Shown one piece after another: positions 1-9,214 of a stretch of 64,000 bases of DNA. The DNA comes from a virus. The position numbers were made by a program, and so were the translations under genes. Below the pieces are notes generated by a model that saw only the letters and a list, made by a program, of their open reading frames with translations, did not search any database and was not told the origin of the DNA. The stretch spans positions 28,247-92,246 of IMG/VR virus record IMGVR_UViG_3300021437_000011; one strand, 5' to 3'. Within the stretch, counting starts at the first letter, position 1. The number at the start of each line of letters is the position of its first letter.

Positions 1-980
1 ATGGCGGCGGCGTTGTCGACGAAAATGTTGGCGCTCGCTGGGTCTCCCGCCATGACGCCTCCGGCTGGAACGGGCGAAGCTTGAGTGGCTGGGGCTTGAT
101 CCGGCGTCGGCGCGGAGGGAACCATGGCGGAAACCGCTTTGAGGTGAGCCTTCAGCTCGACTTCAGCGGTCTGCAGGGCGACGGCGAGCTTGCCTGGGTC
201 CGTTGAGGCGATCGAAGAGGCGGTCTCCGGAAGCGCTTGCGATGACGTTTGAAGTGCGGTGGCCAGCGCGCCGACGGCGATTCCGAAGAGCGGGTTGCTC
301 GATTCAAGGGCGGGGACAAGGAGCGGCGCAACAACTCTGGCGAGCCCAAGAAGCGGAGACAGGTCGGACATGGATTTCCCTTTTTCGATATGAGCAAGCG
401 CTGGAGTAAGGGGGTGCGGGGGAACGACAACGCCGCAAAGCGCATGAGATTGAGCGCGAACGCCGTCTAAACGCTTTTGCCAGCCATGGCCGAACGTCGG
501 CCATAGAGCCTCCCCCGTCTTGGAGTTCCTGGCGACATGCAGGAAGGCCAAGCGAAAATTCAACATCTCATCGATCAGGGGGGATGGAGACGCCCCTTTG
601 GCGGCGGCTATGGTTTTTGGACCGCACGCCCCATCGACAGAGATAGCCTCATTCCCGCTTAATTGGTTGATCGCCTCTTGCAGCCAGCGGACCCCGCGGC
701 GATCTCCAGAGTTAACATCTCCGTCAAATAAGCAATTGGCGACGCCTTGATCCAGATCTCCGCATCTTGTGGCGTCCCAATACTCTATCTTGTATATTTC
801 CGTGGCCTCATCGTGTGAAATATTACGCACGGATTGGCGTGGGAGCCCTTTTCTGTCGCGGAATCGGTCGTATTCATCTTGAATCACGCCGAGGTTTGTT
901 GCGCCTCCCGCGTCATGAGGATTATCCCCAAAGCCTCCTTCCCACTCCAGAAGATGCTGTAAACTTATTTCAAAGCTCAT
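1..980 (-). CDS. GH108 endolysin with peptidoglycan-binding domain and in-frame C-terminal holin-like extension (3' end outside window)
   Basis: Manual translation from ATG 980: MSFEISLQHLLEWEGGFGDNPHDAGGATNLGV...YWD...VNSG...WLQ...VDGACGPKT...FGHGWQKRL (GH108 EGG..D.GG.T motif). The frame stays open to position 1, which would explain its absence from the ORF track. Confidence 0.88.
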   Translation of the reverse strand, partial: MSFEISLQHLLEWEGGFGDNPHDAGGATNLGVIQDEYDRFRDRKGLPRQSVRNISHDEATEIYKIEYWDATRCGDLDQGVANCLFDGDVNSGDRRGVRWLQEAINQLSGNEAISVDGACGPKTIAAAKGASPSPLIDEMLNFRLAFLHVARNSKTGEALWPTFGHGWQKRLDGVRAQSHALCGVVVPPHPLTPALAHIEKGKSMSDLSPLLGLARVVAPLLVPALESSNPLFGIAVGALATALQTSSQALPETASSIASTDPGKLAVALQTAEVELKAHLKAVSAMVPSAPTPDQAPATQASPVPAGGVMAGDPASANIFVDNAAA

Positions 981-1184
981 TTCTTTCCCAAACGAACAGT
1001 TTTCCGAACTTTATCTTTATAATAAAGGTCGGTAAAGGTCAAAATGCTTGAGTTTATAATTTGTCAATGATAATTTTCAAAAAAACCGCATACGTCTTGT
1101 AATGTTTCCTAAGCGGATTCTGTTCATGCAATGGAGAGCGAGCGTATGGCAAGAAACCCAGTCTGTTTAGCGGATCGTGTTGAA

Positions 1185-1604
1185 ATGTACGTTCAACACC
1201 AGGATTCTTCAGCGAATATCCTCTCCGCAACGGCTACGGCTGCGACGTCACTTACAAGCTCAGATCAGACGAACACCGTCCAGAAGGGCGCTGTTTTCTA
1301 TGTAACCGTGACTTCCCTGACAGTTAACAGCGCCACACTCGGGATTAACGTGAACGGCAAGGATGCGGTGTCGGGCGCGTATTTCCCCGTGGGGCGCGTC
1401 TCCATCGATGGCGTCGTCGCCTCTGGGCTGTACACCGGCATCATCTATCCAGGGATTGGAACGGCCGGCCTCCCAGCTAACGCCAACGCCGCGAATGGCG
1501 TCCTCCCCGCTACTTTTCAAGTCCAGGCGAGTCTCACAATCACGACCACCGCCAGCATGAGCGGAACGCTGGGCGTAAGGATGGGCATGTCTAAGATTTT
1601 GTAG
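1185..1604 (+). CDS. Hypothetical beta-rich protein, probably virion-associated
   Basis: Thr/Ala/Val-rich ORF at the head of the structural operon; start chosen at MYVQHQ (alternative start 1131). Confidence 0.55.
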   Translation: MYVQHQDSSANILSATATAATSLTSSDQTNTVQKGAVFYVTVTSLTVNSATLGINVNGKDAVSGAYFPVGRVSIDGVVASGLYTGIIYPGIGTAGLPANANAANGVLPATFQVQASLTITTTASMSGTLGVRMGMSKIL

Positions 1605-1612
1605 GGAACACA

Positions 1613-1780
1613 ATGACTAAGCAGACAAAAAAGGCCGCGAAGGTCGCAAAGGTCATGCACGAATACAAGCATGGCGGGCTCCATAGCGGGTCAAAGCAGG
1701 GGCCAAAGGTCACGAGCAGGGAACAGGCGATCGCAATCGCGCTCAGCGAGGGGCGCAAAGCTGCGAAAGGCAAGAAATGA
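1613..1780 (+). CDS. Small basic protein, DUF6496-like
   Basis: Manual translation MTKQTKKAAKVAKVMHEYKHGGLHSGSKQGPKVTSREQAIAIALSEGRK; the KV..VM.E.K.G.LHSG...V.SR.QAIAIALSE pattern is characteristic. Confidence 0.8.
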   Translation: MTKQTKKAAKVAKVMHEYKHGGLHSGSKQGPKVTSREQAIAIALSEGRKAAKGKK

Positions 1781-1956
1781 AAAGCCATGACAAGACGCAC
1801 GCCTATCCAGGCGGCTACTCGCCCATTGCGGGTGAAGAGAATGTCCACGGGAAACCAGGCATGAAGCAAGGGACAACGAAAGCCGTAAAGGCCAACAAGG
1901 CCGCCGAGAAGAAGGCCAGCGCGACGACGCCGAAACGCAAGGGCAGGGGGCGGTGA
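1777..1956 (+). CDS. Small Lys-rich hypothetical protein (59 aa)
   Basis: ATGA overlap with the upstream stop and TGATG overlap with the next ORF (translational coupling). Confidence 0.55.
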   Translation: MKSHDKTHAYPGGYSPIAGEENVHGKPGMKQGTTKAVKANKAAEKKASATTPKRKGRGR

Positions 1957-2075
1957 TGGCGAAAAAAGACCCAGAGTTCAAGGCTGTTCAGAAAAAGGGC
2001 TCTACCGACAAGGGCGTCAAGATCGCGCCAAAGGCCCCGAAGTCTCCGCCGAAGACGCCGAAAGGCAAGTGCTGA
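1956..2075 (+). CDS. Small Lys/Pro-rich hypothetical protein (39 aa)
   Basis: MAKKDPEFKAVQKK...; coupled to the previous ORF and ends 3 nt before terL. Confidence 0.5.
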   Translation: MAKKDPEFKAVQKKGSTDKGVKIAPKAPKSPPKTPKGKC

Positions 2076-2078
2076 CGC

Positions 2079-4730
2079 ATGACTTCGGTCAAAACCAAAA
2101 CTGTATGGTCTCCCCAGCCTGGGCCTCAGACGACGCTTCTGAGATGCCCAGTATTTGAAGTTTTGTATGGTGGCGCTCGTGGTGGGGGCAAAGCCGTTCT
2201 ATATAAAGAACGGATTTTAACGCCATTTGGATGGAAGGACTTCCATGGTCTGGAAGTGGGGTCAAGCATATGTTCGACAGAAGGAACAGTCCAAAAGGTA
2301 ATTGGGGTTTATCCACAAGGGAAACGCCCTGTATACAAACTAGTATGGAGCGATGGTTCGGAGACAATCTGCGATGAGAACCATATCTGGCTCGCTTGGC
2401 TGAGCAATCAGTCCAGAAAAGCTGTGGGGTCTCGCTTGAGCGGAGAAGAGTCCGCCAAAAAATGGACAACAAAGCAGATCGCTGCCCATTACGAGAAGAC
2501 GCAGAAGACTAGGCGGCGGATTGGCATTCCCATTATCAAGAAGCCAGTTGTCTTTACAGTTCAAGGTGAAGCTCAAGGCCCAGGGAAACACATATCGAGA
2601 GTCATACCTCCGTATGCGCTTGGCGTCCTTCTTGGCGACGGTTGTATAACAGGAAAGAGCGTTTCGTTCTGCAAACCTGACAGGGAAATCGCCGAAAAAG
2701 TACAAGATCAGATCTTCAAAGCATTTGGCGAGTCGGCTGTGTTGAGGGAGAGTAGGGACCTGACCCATACTCCAGTGTGGTTCATCCCCTCAAAAATAAT
2801 GATTCCTCACCTTGAGGACCTGGGCCTCATGGGGCTCTACTCCTATGAAAAGTTCATTCCCCGTATTTACCTGTTCGCTCCGGAAGAAGACCGTTGGGAG
2901 CTTCTTCGCGGCCTCATGGACACTGATGGATGGGTCGAGGATGACGGAGATTGCTACTATTGCTCGACATCTGAGCAGCTCATAGAGGATGCGCGCCATC
3001 TCGCCAGATCAATGGGCGCTATTGTCACCCTCAGGGGAAAGACACCCCACTACACCTATAAGGGCGGGCGTCGCGAAGGGCGTCCGGCGCAAACGATCCG
3101 CATCAAGATGCGCGATCCTGAGCGCATGTTTAGCCTCCCTCGTAAGGCCGATCGCTGCTGCGGAAAAATCCCGCAAAGCATGGCGATCTGGCTCGAAAGC
3201 ATTGAACCAGCCGGTGAAGAGGAGACGGTTTGCATTGCTGTTTCTCACCCTAACTCTTTGTATATCATAGATAATTTCATCGTCACTCACAACACCGACG
3301 CAATGCTCGGGGACTTTGTGAAGCACGCCGGGCAATACGGAGAAGATGCGATAGGGCTGTGTGTTAGACGCGAACGCACCCAGTTAAAGGAGATGATAGA
3401 GAGGTCGCGACAAATATATGGACCAATAGGAGCAAAATATTCAAGCCAAGATAAACAGTGGAGATTTCCAGATGGCGCACGTTTAACTTTCGCTTATCTT
3501 GAAAACGACGCAGATGCTGAAGCATACCAAGGGTGGAATACAACTCGTGTCTACGTAGAGGAAATGGGAAACTTTCCTCGTCCTGAGCCTATATTCAAAC
3601 TCATGGCCACGCTTCGTTCTGGGAATCCCGACGTCAGAGTCGGTTTCCGCGCAACCGCGAATCCAGGCGGGCCAGGTCATCTGTGGATTCGCGCGCGCTA
3701 TATTGATCCAGCGCCCCGCGGTCTCAAAATCCTGACCGACAAGTTTATCAACCCCTTCACCAAGGAAGAGAAGGGTATCGAGAGAGTTTATATCCCTTCT
3801 AAAGTAACGGATAATCGTTTCTGCAACAATACCGATTACATTGCGCGCCTCCAGCTTGCCGCTGGGACGAAGCTCTTGCAGGCGTGGCTGCATGGCGACT
3901 GGGACTTGATTGAGGGGGCCTTCTTCTCCGAGTGGGACGATTCCAAGCACATCATCAAGCCATTCGCGATCCCCACCAACTGGACGCGTTTCGTCTCGGC
4001 GGACTGGGGCTCGGCCGCGCCATTCTCAATCGGCTGGTGGGCGGTTGTTTCGGACGACTACGAGGACATCTTCGGCCCCAGGGCTCATGATGACGGCCAA
4101 GCCGCATATGCAGGAGGGCTTCCGCGCGGCGCGATCGTCCGTTATCGGGAGTGGTATGGCTCGCCAAATCACAACAATGTTGGCCTGAAGCTTTACGCCG
4201 AACAGGTTGCGGCCGGAATTGTCGAGCGCGAGCGCGATGAGCCGCGCAATCACGGCGGCGCAGCACGAATCGCCTACCGCGTCATAGACCCCGACGCCTG
4301 CCGCGAAAAAGGGGGGCCTTCCATTGCTGAACGCATGAGCTGGGCGCCGCATCGTATTTTCTGGCGTCCGGCCGACAACGCCCGCGTCGGCCGACGCGGA
4401 GCAATGGGGGGATGGGACGCTGTTCGAGCTAGGCTCAAGGGCGAGGATGGCGTCCCCATGCTCTACATCTTCGACAATTGCATTGACCTCATCCGGTGTC
4501 TGCCGGTGGCGCAGCATGATCCAGACAATATGGAAGATATTGACGATTGCGAAGATCACGCGATTGACGACCTGCGCTATGCGTGCATGAGCAGGCCATA
4601 TGTCGCGACTGCTGATAAAGAGAAAAAAGACAAATACTTTACAATTGGTCCGGAAAGCAAAGTAACTCTTAATGATATACTTGAACAGTATGACCACAGG
4701 ACGCCAAAATCATATGAAAGAATACGCTGA
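2079..4730 (+). CDS. terL: Terminase large subunit, intein-containing
   Basis: PQPGPQ..L, Walker A YGGARGGGK/T, Walker B VYVEE, ATANPGGPGH, nuclease DWG and EDHAIDDLRYACM. Confidence 0.95.
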   Translation: MTSVKTKTVWSPQPGPQTTLLRCPVFEVLYGGARGGGKAVLYKERILTPFGWKDFHGLEVGSSICSTEGTVQKVIGVYPQGKRPVYKLVWSDGSETICDENHIWLAWLSNQSRKAVGSRLSGEESAKKWTTKQIAAHYEKTQKTRRRIGIPIIKKPVVFTVQGEAQGPGKHISRVIPPYALGVLLGDGCITGKSVSFCKPDREIAEKVQDQIFKAFGESAVLRESRDLTHTPVWFIPSKIMIPHLEDLGLMGLYSYEKFIPRIYLFAPEEDRWELLRGLMDTDGWVEDDGDCYYCSTSEQLIEDARHLARSMGAIVTLRGKTPHYTYKGGRREGRPAQTIRIKMRDPERMFSLPRKADRCCGKIPQSMAIWLESIEPAGEEETVCIAVSHPNSLYIIDNFIVTHNTDAMLGDFVKHAGQYGEDAIGLCVRRERTQLKEMIERSRQIYGPIGAKYSSQDKQWRFPDGARLTFAYLENDADAEAYQGWNTTRVYVEEMGNFPRPEPIFKLMATLRSGNPDVRVGFRATANPGGPGHLWIRARYIDPAPRGLKILTDKFINPFTKEEKGIERVYIPSKVTDNRFCNNTDYIARLQLAAGTKLLQAWLHGDWDLIEGAFFSEWDDSKHIIKPFAIPTNWTRFVSADWGSAAPFSIGWWAVVSDDYEDIFGPRAHDDGQAAYAGGLPRGAIVRYREWYGSPNHNNVGLKLYAEQVAAGIVERERDEPRNHGGAARIAYRVIDPDACREKGGPSIAERMSWAPHRIFWRPADNARVGRRGAMGGWDAVRARLKGEDGVPMLYIFDNCIDLIRCLPVAQHDPDNMEDIDDCEDHAIDDLRYACMSRPYVATADKEKKDKYFTIGPESKVTLNDILEQYDHRTPKSYERIR
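2193..3293 (+). mobile_element. Intein (367 aa) with LAGLIDADG homing endonuclease, Ala1/class-3 type, inserted in terL Walker A
   Basis: Splits GGGK|T; begins AVLY, ends VTHN before Thr+1; LGVLLGDG and LLRGLMDTDG motifs; W (HIW), C (TVCI), T (VTHN) triplet. Confidence 0.92.
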
Positions 4731-7450
4731 TGGTCATGACCTGTGAAGAGATACTTGATGATTTTGATGTTTCGCGCAGGCTCGCGGCCTACTGGAAGTC
4801 TCAGATCCAGTCTGTCGACGAAGCCAATTCGCGCTGGCACAAGCGCGGCGACAAGATCATCAAGCGCTATAAAGACGAACGCGACCAAGCCGCAGAGGAA
4901 GGCAATCGCCGCCTCAACATGCTGTGGTCCAATGTGCAGATACTCCAGCCAGCCATCTATGGACGTCGGCCACAGCCCATCGCCGAACGCCGGTTTCTGG
5001 ACCCGGACCCGGTTGGCCGCCTGAGCGCCCAGATGATGGAGCGAGCCCTCAGAAATGAGATAGAAGAGAACGGCTACCACGCAGCGATGAAACGCTCCGT
5101 TCAGGATTACCTGCTCCCAGGGCGGGGCCAATGCTGGATTCGCTATGAGCCTGAGATCGGCCCTGGCTTGTCTCTGACGCCGTCCTCTCCTCTCGACATG
5201 CGCGACGCTCAAGGAGTGATCGCCGAGGACGAAGGCGAAGGCGAGGAAGATGAAAAAACCGAAAAGCTCGAAGAGACCGGAGAGCAGATCTTATCGGAAA
5301 GTTGCCCTGTAGATTATGTCCAGTGGAAAGACTTCTACATGTTTCCTGCCCGAGCCAGGACATGGTCTGAAGTAACAGCTATCGCAAAGAAGGTATATCT
5401 ATCAAAGACAGAGTGTATTGAAAGATTTGGAGAAAGTGTAGGCAAAGATATTAAGCCTGATGCTTCAATTTCTGTTGCTGAACGCCAAGAAAACCTTTCA
5501 ATTACTACATTGCATGACCAGAATGAGCGCAAGAGGATCGTTCATGAGATTTGGAACAAGGCTGATCGGCGTGTTTACTGGGTTTCTACTGGTTATGATT
5601 ACCTATGTGATCTTGTTGACGATCCTCTTGAATTAAGGGCGTTCTTTCCATGTCCTGAGCCATTAAGCGCAACTCTGACGAATGACAGTCTTATCCCTGT
5701 CCCTGACTACATCGAGTATCAGGATCAAGCGCTCCAAATTGATGAGCTTACACAACGCATCGCCTTGTTAACGAAGGCGTGCAAGGTCGCAGGCGTTTAT
5801 GACGCCGCGAATCGGCCCTTGAAGCGACTGCTCGATGAGAGCGTAGAGAATGAGCTGATCCCCGTTGATGACTGGGTGCGCTATGGGGATAAAGGCGGCG
5901 TCGCCGGCGCAATTTCCTTTTTGCCCTTAAAGGAGGTCATGGAGACGATCGATGTCCTGATGAGCGTAAAGGAGAAGATGCTCCAGGATCTTGACCGGGT
6001 GACGGGCATTTCTGACGTGCTACGCGGGACCACCGACGGCCGCGAGACTATGGGCGGAACGCGCCTTAAAACAAACAACGCAGGCACGCGCATTGATGAG
6101 CGGCGCAATGAAGTCGCCAGGTTCGCCCGCGACATCGTCCGGCTGATCGCCGAGGTCATCGGAAAACACTTTTCGGCGAAGAGCATTATTGAGATCTCCG
6201 GGGTTCTCTATGAAGAAGAGTTCTCTCCAATCCAGAAAATACAAGAGCTTATATCCGAAATGGCGTCACAGGGCGGCCCTGGAGACGGGATGGTGGGGGG
6301 GCAGCCCCCCCAGTCGGCATTGCCGCCTCCAGGGGGCGCTCCCATCGCGCCCCCTGCGCCGGGCGCCGCTCCGCCATCAAGCCTAATGATGGCCGGAGCG
6401 CTCACGGGGCCAGGGGCTCCGGCCGCTCCGCCCCAAGCGCCCCAGCAACCCGCTCCGCCGTCTCCGCTCGCCGCGATCATGGAGCTGCAGCACCCCATTG
6501 AGGCGTTGCTATCCAGGTTGGGAAAGGCTCTTTCCCTGCTCCGGAGAGACATTCCGCGCGGCTACCGCATCGACATCGAAATCGACTCCACGATCTCTGG
6601 AGACGCGCAGGAGGAGCGCGCCGACTCCGTGGAGTTCCTTGGTTCCGTCACCAAATTTATCGAGACCGCCGGCATGATCGGCGCGCAACAGCCGGCCATG
6701 ATCCCGCTTCTTGGGAAAATGCTCCAGTTCGGGGTTCGCAAGTTCCGCACGGGGCGCGACCTGGAGAGCGCCATCGATGATTTCTGCGATCAGGCTGAGA
6801 AAAAAGCTAAGGCGTTGGCCGCCAACCCACAGGCAAAAGGCCCTAGCCCTGAAGAGCTGAAAATGCAGGCCGACGTGGCAAGGCATCAGGCTGAAATCGC
6901 CAAGAGTCAGTTGGAGGCCCAAGCCGCCGCCGCGAACGACCAGCGCGATCGCGAGAGGATGGCGATGGAGCATCAGGCGCGACTCCAACAGATGAAGATG
7001 GAAATGGAGCAAAAGCGCGAGGAGCATCAGATGCGCCTTCAGGAGATTCAGGCCGCAAAGATCGCCAAGGAAATTGCTCATCATCAAGACATTCAGCGCG
7101 CGGCCGATCCCACATCGCAAAACATTGAGGTGATCAAAGCGCATTCGACGGCGGCCAAGGCGCAGGCAGAAATTGCCAAGGCGCAGCTCGAAGCGCAGAC
7201 GGCTGAGAAAACACATCATCTTGACCGCGAACGCGCTCAAGCCGAGCACGAGAACCGTCTCCAGGAAATGCAGATGGCGCGTGAGCTCAAGCTGGCGGAG
7301 CACCAGGCCAAGCTCACTCATTTGCACCATGAGAGGTTGAGCGCGCATGAAGATCACATGTTCAAGATCGATCACCTTGACCACCAGCGCGCGGTGTTGC
7401 GCGAGAAAGCCGCCGCCGACCGCCGAGCGGCTAAACAAACGGTGGCGTGA
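4730..7450 (+). CDS. Portal protein with Pro-rich insertion and long coiled-coil C-terminus
   Basis: 906 aa directly after terL; NMLWSNVQIL.PAIY, FFPCPEPL.AT, TGISDVLRG motifs. Confidence 0.85.
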   Translation: MVMTCEEILDDFDVSRRLAAYWKSQIQSVDEANSRWHKRGDKIIKRYKDERDQAAEEGNRRLNMLWSNVQILQPAIYGRRPQPIAERRFLDPDPVGRLSAQMMERALRNEIEENGYHAAMKRSVQDYLLPGRGQCWIRYEPEIGPGLSLTPSSPLDMRDAQGVIAEDEGEGEEDEKTEKLEETGEQILSESCPVDYVQWKDFYMFPARARTWSEVTAIAKKVYLSKTECIERFGESVGKDIKPDASISVAERQENLSITTLHDQNERKRIVHEIWNKADRRVYWVSTGYDYLCDLVDDPLELRAFFPCPEPLSATLTNDSLIPVPDYIEYQDQALQIDELTQRIALLTKACKVAGVYDAANRPLKRLLDESVENELIPVDDWVRYGDKGGVAGAISFLPLKEVMETIDVLMSVKEKMLQDLDRVTGISDVLRGTTDGRETMGGTRLKTNNAGTRIDERRNEVARFARDIVRLIAEVIGKHFSAKSIIEISGVLYEEEFSPIQKIQELISEMASQGGPGDGMVGGQPPQSALPPPGGAPIAPPAPGAAPPSSLMMAGALTGPGAPAAPPQAPQQPAPPSPLAAIMELQHPIEALLSRLGKALSLLRRDIPRGYRIDIEIDSTISGDAQEERADSVEFLGSVTKFIETAGMIGAQQPAMIPLLGKMLQFGVRKFRTGRDLESAIDDFCDQAEKKAKALAANPQAKGPSPEELKMQADVARHQAEIAKSQLEAQAAAANDQRDRERMAMEHQARLQQMKMEMEQKREEHQMRLQEIQAAKIAKEIAHHQDIQRAADPTSQNIEVIKAHSTAAKAQAEIAKAQLEAQTAEKTHHLDRERAQAEHENRLQEMQMARELKLAEHQAKLTHLHHERLSAHEDHMFKIDHLDHQRAVLREKAAADRRAAKQTVA

Positions 7451-8238
7451 TGCGGGTTGCTCTTTGGGCCGTCAACCTCGCGCCGGCCGTCCCAAGCTTG
7501 GCGGCGTGGCTCGAAATAGTCAGATCTCGCGTTGACGAAGCTGTACGGGTCGGCGCGGAAATTCTGATCATGCCCGAATATGCGTGCATGGCTTGGCTCG
7601 ACCACAAACCGCGCGACTGCGACGCGTCGCATGAAATCGCATGGATGGGCGAGCAGGCTCCCAAGGTCATGGGAGAAATCAAGGACATGGCGGCGGCTCG
7701 GCGCATCGCAGTTTTGCCTGGGACGTGGCCTGCTCCTGGCCGCCATGAGGGGTGGGTCAACCGGGCCTGTCTGATGCTTCCCGATGGCCGGAGCCTGATT
7801 CAGGACAAGCTCCATCCCATTCCGACGGAGCGTGATCACGATGGCTGGATGATTGAGCCTGGAGAGGACTTCAACGTTATCACTTGGCGAGGAGTTCGCA
7901 TCGCAATCATGATTTGCCATGACGTGCAATCAGTTGAGCTCGCGAAGCGCGCGGCGTTTATCGGAATAGACCTCGTGCTTGTCCCCACTATGACGGAGCA
8001 CGAGAAGGGACTAATGGGCCACAAGGCGATATTCGCGGCGGCAAAAACTCATGCTGAAAAATATAAAAGATCGGTATGCGCCGTTGGGGCTATTGGGACT
8101 CAGGTATTGCTTGATCGCCATGAACCCAATATTGGCGGAGCTGCTGTATACAAATGGAAAAGCGTTATCGCTAATATTGGCCCTTCATCAAATAGCGCTA
8201 ACACATTCGGGCCTATGATTATAGGGAATATTTCATGA
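7447..8238 (+). CDS. Nitrilase / carbon-nitrogen hydrolase family protein
   Basis: Catalytic triad contexts MPEY, QDKLH, ICHD. Confidence 0.85.
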   Translation: MMRVALWAVNLAPAVPSLAAWLEIVRSRVDEAVRVGAEILIMPEYACMAWLDHKPRDCDASHEIAWMGEQAPKVMGEIKDMAAARRIAVLPGTWPAPGRHEGWVNRACLMLPDGRSLIQDKLHPIPTERDHDGWMIEPGEDFNVITWRGVRIAIMICHDVQSVELAKRAAFIGIDLVLVPTMTEHEKGLMGHKAIFAAAKTHAEKYKRSVCAVGAIGTQVLLDRHEPNIGGAAVYKWKSVIANIGPSSNSANTFGPMIIGNIS

Positions 8239-8256
8239 TAAATGCTTCGAAGCTGA

Positions 8257-8871
8257 TTGGGGACCGACGTGGTTAATTATTTACTGAGCCCTGACTATTT
8301 CATTATGACCGAACTCGGTCATAGACTTACTGACGGCGCGGGAAGCGCAATCCTTATCTATGACATTCCCGCGGCTCTTTTGGATGATGATGACGCAAAC
8401 ATAGTCCGGAAGCCCTCACGCCCCAAGATTAGGCCGGACTATTCCATTTACAACAATCCAGGACCACGGAAACAACCCGAAGCGCTTGCTGATGGAGAGA
8501 TCGGAGAGGGGTGGCCTGAGATTGAGTCTCTCAGCGGCCCCGAACTCGCTGAGGCCCCAGAACCGCCTCCAAGCGAAACGCTCCACTCACAGCCGGTCAA
8601 TGTGGCGGCGCTTTTGCCAGCAGAGCATCTTAATCTTCTCGCAAAATCGTGGGCGCACGCCGTTTATCAGCCAAAAGTAGAGCCAATTTTCCAGTTGCCG
8701 CCCCAGCGGGTGAACCAGCACGCCGACAGCGCATTTTCCTCAATTGTTCACATGGCGCTGAATGCTCCGAAACGGGAAACTTTTCAACCGTGGACGTTGA
8801 GAGGCGCTCTCTGGGCGCATGAATGGGGAAAAATCGTGGGACATGTGAAAAAGTCAGGGAGGCGGAAATAG
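8257..8871 (+). CDS. Hypothetical protein
   Basis: 204-aa ORF in operon orientation; start uncertain. Confidence 0.5.
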   Translation: MGTDVVNYLLSPDYFIMTELGHRLTDGAGSAILIYDIPAALLDDDDANIVRKPSRPKIRPDYSIYNNPGPRKQPEALADGEIGEGWPEIESLSGPELAEAPEPPPSETLHSQPVNVAALLPAEHLNLLAKSWAHAVYQPKVEPIFQLPPQRVNQHADSAFSSIVHMALNAPKRETFQPWTLRGALWAHEWGKIVGHVKKSGRRK

Positions 8872-8873
8872 CA

Positions 8874-9194
8874 ATGACGACATGGGTTTATCGCCCTGAT
8901 CATCCACAGGCGAGCGAGCGGGGCATGGTTCGCAAAGACATTTTAGAAGGATATGCTCCATACGGAGAGTCTGCCTACGTAATATCCGATATTATGGATT
9001 TAACACGGCACATGGCCACGGGTAAATACCATACAAGCAAGTCAGAATTCAGGAAAGATACTCGGAACAGCGGCTGCATTGAGGTCGGAAACGATACTGG
9101 ATGCATGCTCAAGCCGAGAGCGCCCCTTACGCCAAGTAGAGAAGAACGAAGACATCACATACAACAAGCAATAAATTACTTGCGTTCAAAATAG
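8874..9194 (+). CDS. Conserved phage head-region hypothetical protein
   Basis: VISDIM...GK..TSKS.FR.....GCIEVGND pattern, typical of small proteins upstream of scaffolds. Confidence 0.7.
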   Translation: MTTWVYRPDHPQASERGMVRKDILEGYAPYGESAYVISDIMDLTRHMATGKYHTSKSEFRKDTRNSGCIEVGNDTGCMLKPRAPLTPSREERRHHIQQAINYLRSK

Positions 9195-9214
9195 AATAAG
9201 CATATTTTCCAAGA

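Noticed and set aside
6509-7438. Long antisense ORFs (this one, and e.g. 17623-18861, 40548-41399, 51977-52702)
   Set aside because: Shadow frames opposite well-supported genes in GC-rich DNA, with no recognisable motifs.
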